In this document: piece by piece, positions 44,978 through 54,173 of the stretch
How positions within the stretch are numbered: the stretch's first letter is position 1
Layout of the letters: every line of letters begins with the position of its first letter
Source: a virus
IMG/VR virus record: IMGVR_UViG_3300042882_001046
Location: 32,001 to 96,000 of that record
Reading direction: 5' to 3' (one strand)
DNA: 64,000 bases
Notes under the pieces: generated by a model
What the model was told of the DNA's origin: nothing
Databases searched by the model: none
The model's input: only the letters and a program-made list of their open reading frames with translations
Position numbers and translations under genes: made by a program

Positions 44978-45709
44978 TTATTGAGCATCAAACTCTTCTT
45001 CCCATAACGTATCAGAAGAATTTTCTTCTGTATTATAAGTGTGATTTAATTCAATTGTCATGTCATTGAAATTAAATACGAACTCTCCGTCTGACCCTTC
45101 ATTAATTTCCCAACCACCATAATGACTTTCAAGTTGATTATAACACCAATCTTCAATTGTTGACGGAACTGAATCACCATTTTCTTCAAATGAACTTTCA
45201 ATATAACCAGAATCCCCCGAACCATTATATCTTAGAGTTAATATTCCATCTTGTGGAATTTCTAAATCAGATAGAACCCCATCTTTTTCCCATTCTTCAA
45301 AAATTTCTTGACCTTCTTCTTCTGACCATTCAGTCCCACTAGCGTCTCCTCTATCATACCAAGACCAATAATGGTTAAATGAAATGTCTTTGTTTGCAGA
45401 ATTAATACTAATCTCAAACTTTTGCCATGACATCGCATCAATATCTGGTGTCTCACTACTATATAATTCTTGGTCAGACGCATACTTCGTAATTTTTTGA
45501 AGTATCGGTATCAACCCTGACGGAACGTCCGCTCTCCAGTTATTGGAGAAATGTGTCATTTGATTCCAATCTATATTATTATAGTTAAGTGTATCACCAT
45601 AATCATCCATCTCGAATTCAAACTCACCGACTTCCATTCCGAGAGAGCTCAAATAATTACAAACTCTTCTCAGGTATTGTTTTTCTTCTGTTGTTAAAAG
45701 TTTTTCCAT
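44978..45709 (-). CDS. Acidic protein with C-terminal DUF6878-like domain
   Basis: Y.GSGDSG.IE and YGGWEINEG..G.F.F motifs. Confidence 0.6.
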   Translation of the reverse strand: MEKLLTTEEKQYLRRVCNYLSSLGMEVGEFEFEMDDYGDTLNYNNIDWNQMTHFSNNWRADVPSGLIPILQKITKYASDQELYSSETPDIDAMSWQKFEISINSANKDISFNHYWSWYDRGDASGTEWSEEEGQEIFEEWEKDGVLSDLEIPQDGILTLRYNGSGDSGYIESSFEENGDSVPSTIEDWCYNQLESHYGGWEINEGSDGEFVFNFNDMTIELNHTYNTEENSSDTLWEEEFDAQ

Positions 45710-45720
45710 ATAAATAAATA

Positions 45721-46074
45721 TCAGTCTTCAAACTCTAATTTCATTGTTTTTAACATCCATTGGGGTCTTTGATTTGACGAGATGTTACTAATCCACTCTT
45801 TGGCTGAAGGTATGTAATTATTACAATCTTCTTTTACGTGTTGTTCTCCAACATATCGGGTATAAACTGTTTTTCCGTCTGAGTTTAAGAACTCAGTTCC
45901 AAATCTTTTTTCCATTTCAAAAATTCCTTCACTATGATGTCTAAACATTCTATGAAGAGAATCTCCAAACCAAGATTTGGTTTCATCTAACCATTCATGT
46001 AAATGAATGTAATCCTCAGGTTTTCCTCCAAACTTTTTGGCGGATGATTTTGCATGTAAATTTGGATGTGCCAT
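45721..46074 (-). CDS. DUF6915-like His-rich protein
   Basis: HP..HA.SSA.KFGG..EDY...H.W.D, HR..RHH.EG and EQHV.ED motifs. Confidence 0.7.
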   Translation of the reverse strand: MAHPNLHAKSSAKKFGGKPEDYIHLHEWLDETKSWFGDSLHRMFRHHSEGIFEMEKRFGTEFLNSDGKTVYTRYVGEQHVKEDCNNYIPSAKEWISNISSNQRPQWMLKTMKLEFED

Positions 46075-46076
46075 GA

Positions 46077-46310
46077 TTATTTAATTTGTGAGTTGTTTCT
46101 TCTTGCTTCCTCAGCTTCTTTGTAAACCCTAACCCATGTTAAAAATACATCAATAGGTGCTAAAATCCAACACATAATAATTAACGCCATACTCTCAAGA
46201 CCTGGAGATATTCCAAGACCACCTGACATAACATCTCTGTTCCATTTTCTAATTGACATGATTACGCAGTAAATGAAACAAACAACGTAATACGACCAAA
46301 ATAATTGCAT
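46077..46310 (-). CDS. Small membrane protein
   Basis: Start moved to 46310 (MQLFWSY); two TM helices. Confidence 0.6.
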   Translation of the reverse strand: MQLFWSYYVVCFIYCVIMSIRKWNRDVMSGGLGISPGLESMALIIMCWILAPIDVFLTWVRVYKEAEEARRNNSQIK

Positions 46311-46325
46311 AAATAAAAGTTTTAG

Positions 46326-46398
46326 TGGAGAATGAGGGAATCGAACCCACGACAACTTGAATGCAAATCAAGCGCTCTACCAACTGAGCTAATTCCCC
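46326..46398 (-). tRNA. tRNA-Ala(TGC)
   Basis: G3.U70; loop TTTGCAT. Confidence 0.93.
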
Positions 46399-46404
46399 TG
46401 TTTG

Positions 46405-46477
46405 AGCCTCCTGTCGGAATCGAACCAACGACCTACTGATTACAAATCAGTTGCTCTACCTGCTGAGCTAAGGAGGC
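46405..46477 (-). tRNA. tRNA-Thr(TGT)
   Basis: Cloverleaf; loop TTTGTAA. Confidence 0.93.
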
Positions 46478-46527
46478 ATTTGTGGGTGTATGCTCATCAC
46501 ATACTCATGGGTTCCCACAACCCGTTG

Positions 46528-46600
46528 AGCGGAAGACCAGGCTCGAACTGGCCACCCCCGACTTGGAAGGACGGTGCTCTACCAAATGAGCTACTTCCGC
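46528..46600 (-). tRNA. tRNA-Gly(TCC)
   Basis: Cloverleaf; loop CTTCCAA. Confidence 0.93.
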
Positions 46601-46605
46601 AATTT

Positions 46606-46681
46606 TGGCGGTCCCGACGGGATTCGAACCCGTATCTCGCACCGTGACAGGGTGGAATTGTAACCATTCAACCACGGGACC
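46606..46681 (-). tRNA. tRNA-Asp(GTC), CCA encoded
   Basis: Cloverleaf; loop CTGTCAC; ends in GCCA. Confidence 0.92.
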
Positions 46682-46709
46682 GTGTGTGGGGAGTTTCACC
46701 CCAAACTTT

Positions 46710-47201
46710 TTAATTTGTTAAGATGTGTTGATGTTCTCCGATTACTCGTTTTAAACTACTAACATATCTCTTATCAGACGCATATACCCTTCCGAGTAGT
46801 GCAAGATACTGATTTTTTGTCAAATCGTCTTTACCTTTTAACATATAATCTTGCCATAAAAAGTAATCATATACGCTAAGGTTCCAATCTGTATATTTTG
46901 AGTATCCGCTCTGAGTTTTACCAACTGAAGACGTTTCTCTTTTTGTTGGAACTCTCATTCCAAACAGATTGTTTGCCGTTTTGAACAATTTTGATGTAAA
47001 TGCTCCTGACTCTAACACAGCTTGTGCAAACACAATATCAGGAAATTTTATACCAAACTTAATTATCTGCTCGTACAATTCTTCTTTTGTCAACCTATCA
47101 TCTTGTGTCTGATAAGTTGTTTGTACTTGCTTCTCTTGTGCTTTTGTTGTCATTGTTCCTAACAATAACAACACAGTCAATAAGAATGTTTTTAACTTCA
47201 T
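46710..47201 (-). CDS. Secreted glucosaminidase-domain peptidoglycan hydrolase
   Basis: Signal peptide; AQAVLESG..S.L....NNLFGM and Y..D..Y motifs. Confidence 0.8.
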   Translation of the reverse strand: MKLKTFLLTVLLLLGTMTTKAQEKQVQTTYQTQDDRLTKEELYEQIIKFGIKFPDIVFAQAVLESGAFTSKLFKTANNLFGMRVPTKRETSSVGKTQSGYSKYTDWNLSVYDYFLWQDYMLKGKDDLTKNQYLALLGRVYASDKRYVSSLKRVIGEHQHILTN

Positions 47202-47281
47202 TTCTTTCTTTTTGTCTGTTTATGCTTCAGGATTACTCCATCCACGATACCACAACATTGGAAATTTTCCACCCACCTCAG

Positions 47282-47353
47282 CTGCTCCACCTGGGCTCGA
47301 ACCAGGATAAAAGGATTAACAGTCCTCCGTAATAACCATTATACGATAGAGCA
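47282..47353 (-). tRNA. tRNA-Asn(GTT)
   Basis: Cloverleaf; loop CTGTTAA. Confidence 0.9.
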
Positions 47354-47390
47354 AAATTATAATCAAATTTTCCAACAAAGGAAACTTTTG

Positions 47391-47464
47391 TCGGGATGGC
47401 TGGATTCGAACCAACGGCCTCCACGTCCCAAACGTGGCGCGATACCTGACTACGCTACATCCCG
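47391..47464 (-). tRNA. tRNA-Pro(TGG)
   Basis: C1-G72; loop TTTGGGA. Confidence 0.93.
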
Positions 47465-47469
47465 TACAT

Positions 47470-47500
47470 AAAAAAACCCTGAAGTATTAGTTCAGGGTTT
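47470..47500 (-). terminator. Intrinsic terminator (putative attenuator) upstream of tRNA array 2
   Basis: Minus strand AAACCCTGAA-ctaatac-TTCAGGGTTT-TTTT, 5 nt before tRNA-Pro. Confidence 0.85.
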
Positions 47501-47522
47501 AGATAATTGGCTATAATATTGT

Positions 47523-47621
47523 TTACCAACCACTCGCTTCTGAACTTACGCAAATAGTGCCCGCATCCCCATTAGGAGTTGTCGGTGTGTCTAAATTCGT
47601 ATTTGTGTTCATAGTTTTCAT
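47523..47621 (-). CDS. Putative leader peptide 2, 32 aa: MKTMNTNTNLDTPTTPNGDAGTICVSSEASGW
   Basis: ATG-to-TAA ORF upstream of the terminator; its composition mirrors the downstream tRNAs. Confidence 0.75.
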   Translation of the reverse strand: MKTMNTNTNLDTPTTPNGDAGTICVSSEASGW

Positions 47622-47625
47622 AGTG

Positions 47626-47657
47626 CAATATTACAATAAATATATTTAAAAACCAAA
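47626..47657 (-). promoter_or_regulatory. Putative promoter for leader 2
   Basis: Minus strand TTTG-N20-TAATATTG (one mismatch to TAnnTTTG); a TATTTAT motif overlaps the spacer. Confidence 0.5.
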
Positions 47658-47666
47658 AAATAAATA

Positions 47667-48449
47667 TTAGTTACTAAAACCTCTCAAATAAACATCATTT
47701 GTCATATTGAAATTAATCCTCATTGATGAGTTTGGATAAGTACTATAAACTCTATATTGACCCTGTGGAATTACATTCCCTGTATAATTAATCAAGTATG
47801 ATGACAACTGAGTATTTGTGTTCAACACTGTTTGACTATTGTTAGCACTTGACACTATTCTTGTACCGTTTTTCGCATAATAACCAATTCTAGTTTGTCT
47901 TTTTGTATCATTATTCATTGCCGAGACAGGAATCAAAACTAAAACCCAAGCGTTATCATTAACAGTATTTTTAGATATTTTTACTGTTGTAAAATTATAT
48001 GCCATTTTAGGGTTACCGTGTTCATCAACTCCACCACTTACTTGTGGTATGTCAGCCTGAATAACTTGTGGTAACACACCATTAGTCCAAAATGGCATGT
48101 TTAAATAATTGTTTAAATCTCGGTAATTGGTATTTTGAATACTCACCATTGTCCAACAAGAGTAAAATGGAACGCTTGTAGATTGTGGGTTTCTTGGAAC
48201 TGAGTTTTTAAGGTAATTAACAATTAATGTTGTTTTAGCTTGCTTTTCAATAAAAACATACGCCTTCAAATTAGGTGTTGAACTTGTCGTAACCCTTAAA
48301 TTAGGGTTCGTACTTGAAGTTGAGTTAAGTTCTTGGGATTGCTCAATTTTAGTTTTTTCGAAGTCTACTCCAGTGATGTCTTCTTTAGAACAAGACACAA
48401 CAAATACCGATAAGGTAAGGAATGATAATAATAATTGTTTGATTTTCAT
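47667..48449 (-). CDS. Lipoprotein, hypothetical
   Basis: Lipobox VVSC followed by SKED (Bacteroidota-style). Confidence 0.7.
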   Translation of the reverse strand: MKIKQLLLSFLTLSVFVVSCSKEDITGVDFEKTKIEQSQELNSTSSTNPNLRVTTSSTPNLKAYVFIEKQAKTTLIVNYLKNSVPRNPQSTSVPFYSCWTMVSIQNTNYRDLNNYLNMPFWTNGVLPQVIQADIPQVSGGVDEHGNPKMAYNFTTVKISKNTVNDNAWVLVLIPVSAMNNDTKRQTRIGYYAKNGTRIVSSANNSQTVLNTNTQLSSYLINYTGNVIPQGQYRVYSTYPNSSMRINFNMTNDVYLRGFSN

Positions 48450-48459
48450 GATTGTTTGT

Positions 48460-48741
48460 TTAAATGTATTTTTTAAAAATTGTTTCTAAGGTGTCTTCAT
48501 CTTCCCTACTTATAACATGAAATTTTTGAGATAACTTATCCATTTTCTCTAAAAATTCATCTTCTAAAATAGATGTTTTTGGTTTACCATTTTTATCAGT
48601 TTGTATTTGAGACAACACTGATTTAGGTAAATGGTTTTCTTCAACTAACCCTTCAATTAATTCTTTAATTTCTCTTGGGTCACAGGCCGTAACAAATTCA
48701 TACGGGTCAATGTCGATTTCTTCTACACAAAATTCAGGCAT
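48460..48741 (-). CDS. Hypothetical acidic protein
   Basis: 93-aa ORF. Confidence 0.6.
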   Translation of the reverse strand: MPEFCVEEIDIDPYEFVTACDPREIKELIEGLVEENHLPKSVLSQIQTDKNGKPKTSILEDEFLEKMDKLSQKFHVISREDEDTLETIFKKYI

Positions 48742-48766
48742 AATTATTTTTTTTTTAATAGTTTAG

Positions 48767-48840
48767 TGGACCAGCCTGGGCTCGAACCAGGGACCTTCAC
48801 ATTATGAGTGTGTTGCTCTAACCAACTGAGCTACAAGTCC
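48767..48840 (-). tRNA. tRNA with CAT anticodon (Ile2 or elongator Met)
   Basis: Cloverleaf, loop CTCATAA, paired G1-C72 (not initiator); its own TATCTTTG element lies just upstream. Confidence 0.88.
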
Positions 48841-48905
48841 AATTTGATACAAAGATAAACAATAAATTTGATTTTGGAAATTTTTTTGTGATATTTATAG
48901 ATATT

Positions 48906-49007
48906 ATGACAGACAAAAATATAACGTGTCTTTTGGGAACTAACCAAAAATATGAGAACTCGGGCGATTTGAGACGTGGAAAACCTCGAACCATAAACTA
49001 TTGCTAA
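48906..49007 (+). CDS. Small 33-aa ORF followed by a terminator
   Basis: MTDKNITCLLGTNQKYENSGDLRRGKPRTINYC; TATTTAT upstream. Confidence 0.4.
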   Translation: MTDKNITCLLGTNQKYENSGDLRRGKPRTINYC

Positions 49008-49023
49008 ATCTGTAGTATAATAT

Positions 49024-49057
49024 AAAGGGGTCGACTAAATTGACCCCTTTTGTTTTT
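49024..49057 (+). terminator. Intrinsic terminator
   Basis: AAAGGGGTC-gactaaatt-GACCCCTTT-TGTTTTT. Confidence 0.75.
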
Positions 49058-49090
49058 AATAAAAATAATATATCTTTGTAAAAAATTTTA

Positions 49091-49582
49091 GTGATGAGCA
49101 CTGTATTGGTATTAAATTTTGACTACACTCCGTTAAACACAACTAGTGTTTGGAGGGGGTTTGTGTTAGTTGATAAAGGAAAGGCAGAAATTGTAAAATC
49201 AGACGAAAATCCGATTGTTGCAGGATATAATACTTATGTACGTCCACTTATTATTAGATTACTGAAATATATCAAACATCGTTCAAGGACATTAAGGGCA
49301 AACAGAAGTCGAATATATAAAAGAGACGGATATGAGTGTGTTTATTGTGGGTCAAAAAAAGAGTTGACCTTAGACCACGTATTACCCAAATCAAGAGGTG
49401 GGACAAATGAATGGACTAACCTTGTTACGTCTTGTATGAAATGTAATCGTAAAAAAGCAGATAGAACACCAGATGAGGCCAAAATGAACATGAAATCTAA
49501 ACCATACATTCCACAAATTATGTACGAAGACAAAACTTTATTGAATGTTTGGAATGCGTATCAAGAATCATTCATTTCTTAA
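49091..49582 (+). CDS. HNH endonuclease
   Basis: VLVLN.DY.PL N-terminus, RD...C.YCG, T.DHV.P.S.GG...W.NLV.SC..CN..K. Confidence 0.9.
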   Translation: MMSTVLVLNFDYTPLNTTSVWRGFVLVDKGKAEIVKSDENPIVAGYNTYVRPLIIRLLKYIKHRSRTLRANRSRIYKRDGYECVYCGSKKELTLDHVLPKSRGGTNEWTNLVTSCMKCNRKKADRTPDEAKMNMKSKPYIPQIMYEDKTLLNVWNAYQESFIS

Positions 49583-49599
49583 AAATAAAACCTATAATT

Positions 49600-49920
49600 A
49601 TGAGTAATATGTCAGACAAATCATTGAGAATTACAATTGTTATCCTTGGATTAATTCTTTGCTGGGGAACTGTTATGTACAGTAAACAAGAACAAAAATT
49701 AAAAGAAAAAGAATTAAAAATTGAGGTGTTTAGTGGCGGAGATATTTCTAAAGTTCAAACTATGGATTCATTACAAAATGTAATTGATTCTTTAGAGGTT
49801 GAAATTTTCCCATGTCAAGTTGAGCTTGGAAGATATCAAATCGCATATGAAATTTTTAAGGAGAGAAATCCAAAAGCCGCGTCACAATACGGTGACATAA
49901 TATCACAAGAAACAGAATAA
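49600..49920 (+). CDS. Membrane-anchored hypothetical protein
   Basis: N-terminal TM helix; start moved to 49600. Confidence 0.55.
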   Translation: MSNMSDKSLRITIVILGLILCWGTVMYSKQEQKLKEKELKIEVFSGGDISKVQTMDSLQNVIDSLEVEIFPCQVELGRYQIAYEIFKERNPKAASQYGDIISQETE

Positions 49921-49932
49921 AAATAAAATAAA

Positions 49933-50238
49933 ATGCAAGATTCAAATTACACAAACCCAGAACAATCAGGTCAGGGACAAAACCCTCAAGACCTTATTAA
50001 CGCATCATTAATTTTTGCCAGAGCTTTAGGTTTAATTCTTAAAGAAGGTGAAGGTATTGTTGTCGACATCAAAGGAGACATTAATTTAGGAGAAGACGTA
50101 AAAAAAGTTATCGTTTTTGAATATCAAAACCAAGTTCACATATATAAGTGTGAAGAAGACCTTGAAGAAGGGACCGCGGTAAATATGGACCAAAAAAATG
50201 AGGGTCCTGAAGTTGTGGAACCAACCGAAGAGGTATAA
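49933..50238 (+). CDS. Hypothetical protein
   Basis: 101-aa ORF. Confidence 0.6.
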   Translation: MQDSNYTNPEQSGQGQNPQDLINASLIFARALGLILKEGEGIVVDIKGDINLGEDVKKVIVFEYQNQVHIYKCEEDLEEGTAVNMDQKNEGPEVVEPTEEV

Positions 50239-50260
50239 TTTTTTTAAAAACAAATTTTAA

Positions 50261-51928
50261 ATGAGGGTATTAGGGTTTTCAGTAGGCCACGATAAAGGAG
50301 CGGTTATTATTGAAGATGGGAAAGTTATTGTGGGTATAACACAAGAAAGAATTTCTCGTGTTAAACATGATGGAGCACATCAAGGAGGACTTATACCTTT
50401 TGAGTCAATAAATTATTGTCTAAACTCAATTGGTATTACTTATAAAGAAATTGACCTTTTTGTTTATAGTACAACGGAGCTTGAGGATAAAACAGCTGCG
50501 GATTTTTTCAGAAAATATAATGACATTAGTTACGATAGATTATTTTTTATACCTCACCATTTAGCACACGCTTATTCAACATTCTTTAGTTCAGGATTTG
50601 ATGACGCTGCGGTTATTGTTGCCGACGCGTCAGGTAGTATATTAAACTTCAAAAATAAATTACATTTATGGTATGAAGTTGACCGTACGGGATTGAACCC
50701 TGATGAAGATTGGACAGAAGGAATTTCAATATATCATTTTAAGAAAAATGAATATAATGAAGTTTATAAAAAATGGATAAAATATCCTGTACCTATTGAT
50801 ACTAATGAAGGTGTGTCGGTTGGTACCGTATATTCACAAGGTTCTTTACAGTTAATCTATGAACCAAATGAACATACTTGGCCTGCAGGTAAATTAATGG
50901 GACTGGCATCTTATGCGGATGATGAAATTGTAAAAGAAGCCCCTGAATATGTTCAAGATTTAGGTGATGATATCTATATTCCCAATAACGCAATATACCC
51001 AAAAGTTACTTGGGGGTCTGATTTCTTTTCAAGAGCATGTGTTGCGGGAATATATCAAAGAGAACAAGAAAGAGCATCCTTAATTTTAGCAAAAATCGCA
51101 AAAGATAAAACAGGTTCAGAAAATGTATGTGTTGCGGGTGGTTCTTTTTTGAATTGTAATTCTAATGAAAGAATTTTAAATTCAGGTTTATATGAAAATT
51201 GTTATTTCATTCCGCCAAGCGATGATAGTGGAATTCCATTAGGTTGTGCTTGGTTTGCATATCAAAAATTAACCGATATTTCGGAAGTAGAACAATTAAG
51301 CCCTTATCTTGGTAAATCATACAGTAAAAACGATGTTGTTGAAGCACTTAACGAGTATCCAGGTTTAAAGTATACTGAATACGATAATTTTGATTTACTA
51401 ATCAATGAAATTAGTTATTGGTTAACACAAAATAGAGTTATTGGGTGGTTTCAAGGAGGTTCGGAGATTGGTCCAAGAGCGTTAGGTAATCGTTCTATAT
51501 TGGCATCTCCAATTAAGTCATGGATGACTGGTCATATAAACTCAGACATAAAGAAAAGAGAGTGGTATAGACCTTTTGCACCTGCAGTATTATTTGAGCA
51601 TCAATCAGAAGTTTTTGAATCTGATGTATATTCACCTTACATGTTGTTGACAACAACAGTTAAAGAAGATTGGATAAATAAAATACCAGCCGTAGTTCAT
51701 ATTGATAATTCTGCAAGACATCAATCGGTTACCGAAAAAAATAACCCTAAATTCTATTCTTTGATTAAAAAATTCTACGAAAAAACTAATGTTCCTGTTT
51801 TATTGAACACAAGTTTTAACGGACCAAAAGAACCTATTGTAGAAACACCTAAAGAAGCAATTAATACATTCTTAGAAAACAATTTAGACTACTTGGTCAT
51901 CAATAATTTTATTATCTCCAAAAATTAA
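50261..51928 (+). CDS. Carbamoyltransferase (NodU/CmcH family) 1
   Basis: GHD..A, ERISRVKH, HHLAHA, GKLMGLA, GG.FLNC..N, E.GPRALG.RS, K.RE.YRPFAP and NTSFN motifs. Confidence 0.9.
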   Translation: MRVLGFSVGHDKGAVIIEDGKVIVGITQERISRVKHDGAHQGGLIPFESINYCLNSIGITYKEIDLFVYSTTELEDKTAADFFRKYNDISYDRLFFIPHHLAHAYSTFFSSGFDDAAVIVADASGSILNFKNKLHLWYEVDRTGLNPDEDWTEGISIYHFKKNEYNEVYKKWIKYPVPIDTNEGVSVGTVYSQGSLQLIYEPNEHTWPAGKLMGLASYADDEIVKEAPEYVQDLGDDIYIPNNAIYPKVTWGSDFFSRACVAGIYQREQERASLILAKIAKDKTGSENVCVAGGSFLNCNSNERILNSGLYENCYFIPPSDDSGIPLGCAWFAYQKLTDISEVEQLSPYLGKSYSKNDVVEALNEYPGLKYTEYDNFDLLINEISYWLTQNRVIGWFQGGSEIGPRALGNRSILASPIKSWMTGHINSDIKKREWYRPFAPAVLFEHQSEVFESDVYSPYMLLTTTVKEDWINKIPAVVHIDNSARHQSVTEKNNPKFYSLIKKFYEKTNVPVLLNTSFNGPKEPIVETPKEAINTFLENNLDYLVINNFIISKN

Positions 51929-51929
51929 T

Positions 51930-53522
51930 ATGAGTTCAATTTATTCTTTTTTTGCGGGTTCACATAGTGCAACATCATCATTAATCATTGATGGTGAAAT
52001 AAAATATGTTATTGAGGAAGAGAGATTAAGTAGAATCAAAGCAGGAGATAAATACGAATCATTTCCAAATTTATCGTCATCCAAAATTGTTGAATTATCT
52101 GGTTTACAAATAAAAGATGCGGACTATAGAATAATGGTAGAGCCAGTACCTGATTTGTATGCAGATGAACTTACAAATGGTAAATATGAAAGAGTTAGTC
52201 ACCACGACTCACATTGTTACGGTTCATATTTTACAAGTGGAATGGACGGAAAAGTTATGACAATATCCTATGATGGTGGAGGTGATAAGTCAGTTATGAA
52301 AATTTACCTATGTGAAAATGGTAAAATGACATTACTTAAAAGTTTGGATTATTCAACCTTTGGAAGTTTATCACATCTTTGGGGATTTTCTACTACAGGT
52401 ATTTTAGGGGTTGGTGAGAACGGTGCATCAATTTGGAAAATTTGTAAAGATGAAGGTAAATTAATGGGTATGGCGGCGGACGGATATTACGATGAAAACA
52501 TTATTAATATGTTAAAGTCCGTTATAAAATATAAAGATTTAAAATTTAGTCCATCAACAACAGGAGAAAGAACTAAATTTTTAATGGACTCATTACGATT
52601 ACAAGGTGCCTTTGATACCAAAGAACAACGAGAAGTTTTTTCATATAATTTACAACATTATACAAACAAAATGTTTGTTGAGTTTTTAACTGACCTAAAC
52701 AAACTTTACCCTGAGTATAGAAAATTTGCGTTCTCGGGTGGACTTTTTGCAAACGTAAAGTTGAACCAAAAGATAAATGAATTAGATTTTGTTGATGAGA
52801 TTTTTGTTTATCCCCCAATGGGTGATGAAGGACTTCCATTAGGTGCCTGTATTAAAAAAGCTGTGGAGTTGGGTGAAATAACAAAACCAATTAAGTTAAA
52901 AAATGTGTTTTTTGGTATTGAATACACAAATGAAGAAGTGGACAACATATCAAAAGATTATGACTTCAATAAGTCACTATATGTACCTGAAGAAATTGCA
53001 TCAGACATCGATAATGGTGGTATTATAGGATGGTTTCAGGATAGATTTGAACATGGTCCAAGAGCATTAGGCGCACGAAGTATATTGGTTAAACCAACCG
53101 AAATTGGTACGCACCGAGTTCTAAATGAAAGACTTAAGAGGTATGAAATAATGCCATTTGCACCAATTGTAATGGAAGAATATTTTGACGAAATTTTTTA
53201 TCCTTCCAAATCAAAATACTCTTCTGAATTTATGACAATTTGTTATTCCACAAGAGAATCTTGGATAAACAAAATTCCCGCAGTTATTCAAAAATCCGAT
53301 AAAACGGCAAGACCTCAGATTGTTGTAAAAAATAAAAACAAAAAGTTTTGGGAAATATTAAACGCGTATTATAAAATTTCAGGAATCCCTGTTTTATTGA
53401 ATACGTCATTTAATTCTCACAACGAACCAATTATAGATTCTCCACAACAAGCGTTTGATACGTTAAAAAAAGGAATCATAGATAAATTAATTATAGGAGA
53501 TTATGTTTATTATCGTAAATAA
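51930..53522 (+). CDS. Carbamoyltransferase (NodU/CmcH family) 2
   Basis: EERLSR.K, HHDSH, EGKLMGMA, GG.FANV..N, GPRALGARS, PFAP, TAR.Q and NTSFN motifs. Confidence 0.9.
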   Translation: MSSIYSFFAGSHSATSSLIIDGEIKYVIEEERLSRIKAGDKYESFPNLSSSKIVELSGLQIKDADYRIMVEPVPDLYADELTNGKYERVSHHDSHCYGSYFTSGMDGKVMTISYDGGGDKSVMKIYLCENGKMTLLKSLDYSTFGSLSHLWGFSTTGILGVGENGASIWKICKDEGKLMGMAADGYYDENIINMLKSVIKYKDLKFSPSTTGERTKFLMDSLRLQGAFDTKEQREVFSYNLQHYTNKMFVEFLTDLNKLYPEYRKFAFSGGLFANVKLNQKINELDFVDEIFVYPPMGDEGLPLGACIKKAVELGEITKPIKLKNVFFGIEYTNEEVDNISKDYDFNKSLYVPEEIASDIDNGGIIGWFQDRFEHGPRALGARSILVKPTEIGTHRVLNERLKRYEIMPFAPIVMEEYFDEIFYPSKSKYSSEFMTICYSTRESWINKIPAVIQKSDKTARPQIVVKNKNKKFWEILNAYYKISGIPVLLNTSFNSHNEPIIDSPQQAFDTLKKGIIDKLIIGDYVYYRK

Positions 53523-54141
53523 TGAACGGATAGAGATTAAGTTTGACCCTTACATTTATGTTAATGTTTGGGGTCCTGAACATTTTTATTATGTTGAGGT
53601 TCGTGAATATGTTAAAGACAATCCTGAATCAAAATTTGTAGAAGGATTTCATTTTAACAGAAACGCCAATGTTGTCAAAGATTATAATTTTTATTTCTTT
53701 GGTGAATTCTACGGAGACTATGAAATATCAATTTTCAAATTTGTAAAAAATGTTGGCTTACAAAAAATACATTCTCATAGGTATAATGATTGTGGCCAAT
53801 TAGTTCAATTTAATTTAGTTACGGATAATATTGAAGATGCCAAGATTTGGACTAAAAGTATTGATGAATATCAAAAAAAACACGGGTGTATTGTAAAAGT
53901 TAATTCTAAATTTGAGGAAATTAACAATCAATACTCAACTGAAATCCAGTCTCCATATAAAACATACAACATAGGTAGGTTTCATAAAACAGTAAATGAT
54001 TTCAAAAGTGTTGGTGAAACAAGAAAATATGGTAATCTTTGGTTTGGAAACTGGAAAGTTTTTTGGTCTTATCAACACCCAAGAAATTGGAAGGAGTTAT
54101 CCGCAAAAGAAATTTCAGATGATATTTTGGGTTTAAGTTAA
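53503..54141 (+). CDS. Hypothetical protein
   Basis: 212-aa ORF overlapping the upstream stop. Confidence 0.6.
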   Translation: MFIIVNNERIEIKFDPYIYVNVWGPEHFYYVEVREYVKDNPESKFVEGFHFNRNANVVKDYNFYFFGEFYGDYEISIFKFVKNVGLQKIHSHRYNDCGQLVQFNLVTDNIEDAKIWTKSIDEYQKKHGCIVKVNSKFEEINNQYSTEIQSPYKTYNIGRFHKTVNDFKSVGETRKYGNLWFGNWKVFWSYQHPRNWKELSAKEISDDILGLS

Positions 54142-54173
54142 TTTTTCTTATCTTTGTTCAAAATAAAACATAT

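Noticed and set aside
47220-47281. HDV-like (theta) ribozyme at the tRNA-Asn 3' end
   Set aside because: Only small hairpins are present; I could not find the nested pseudoknot or the catalytic-C pattern by eye.
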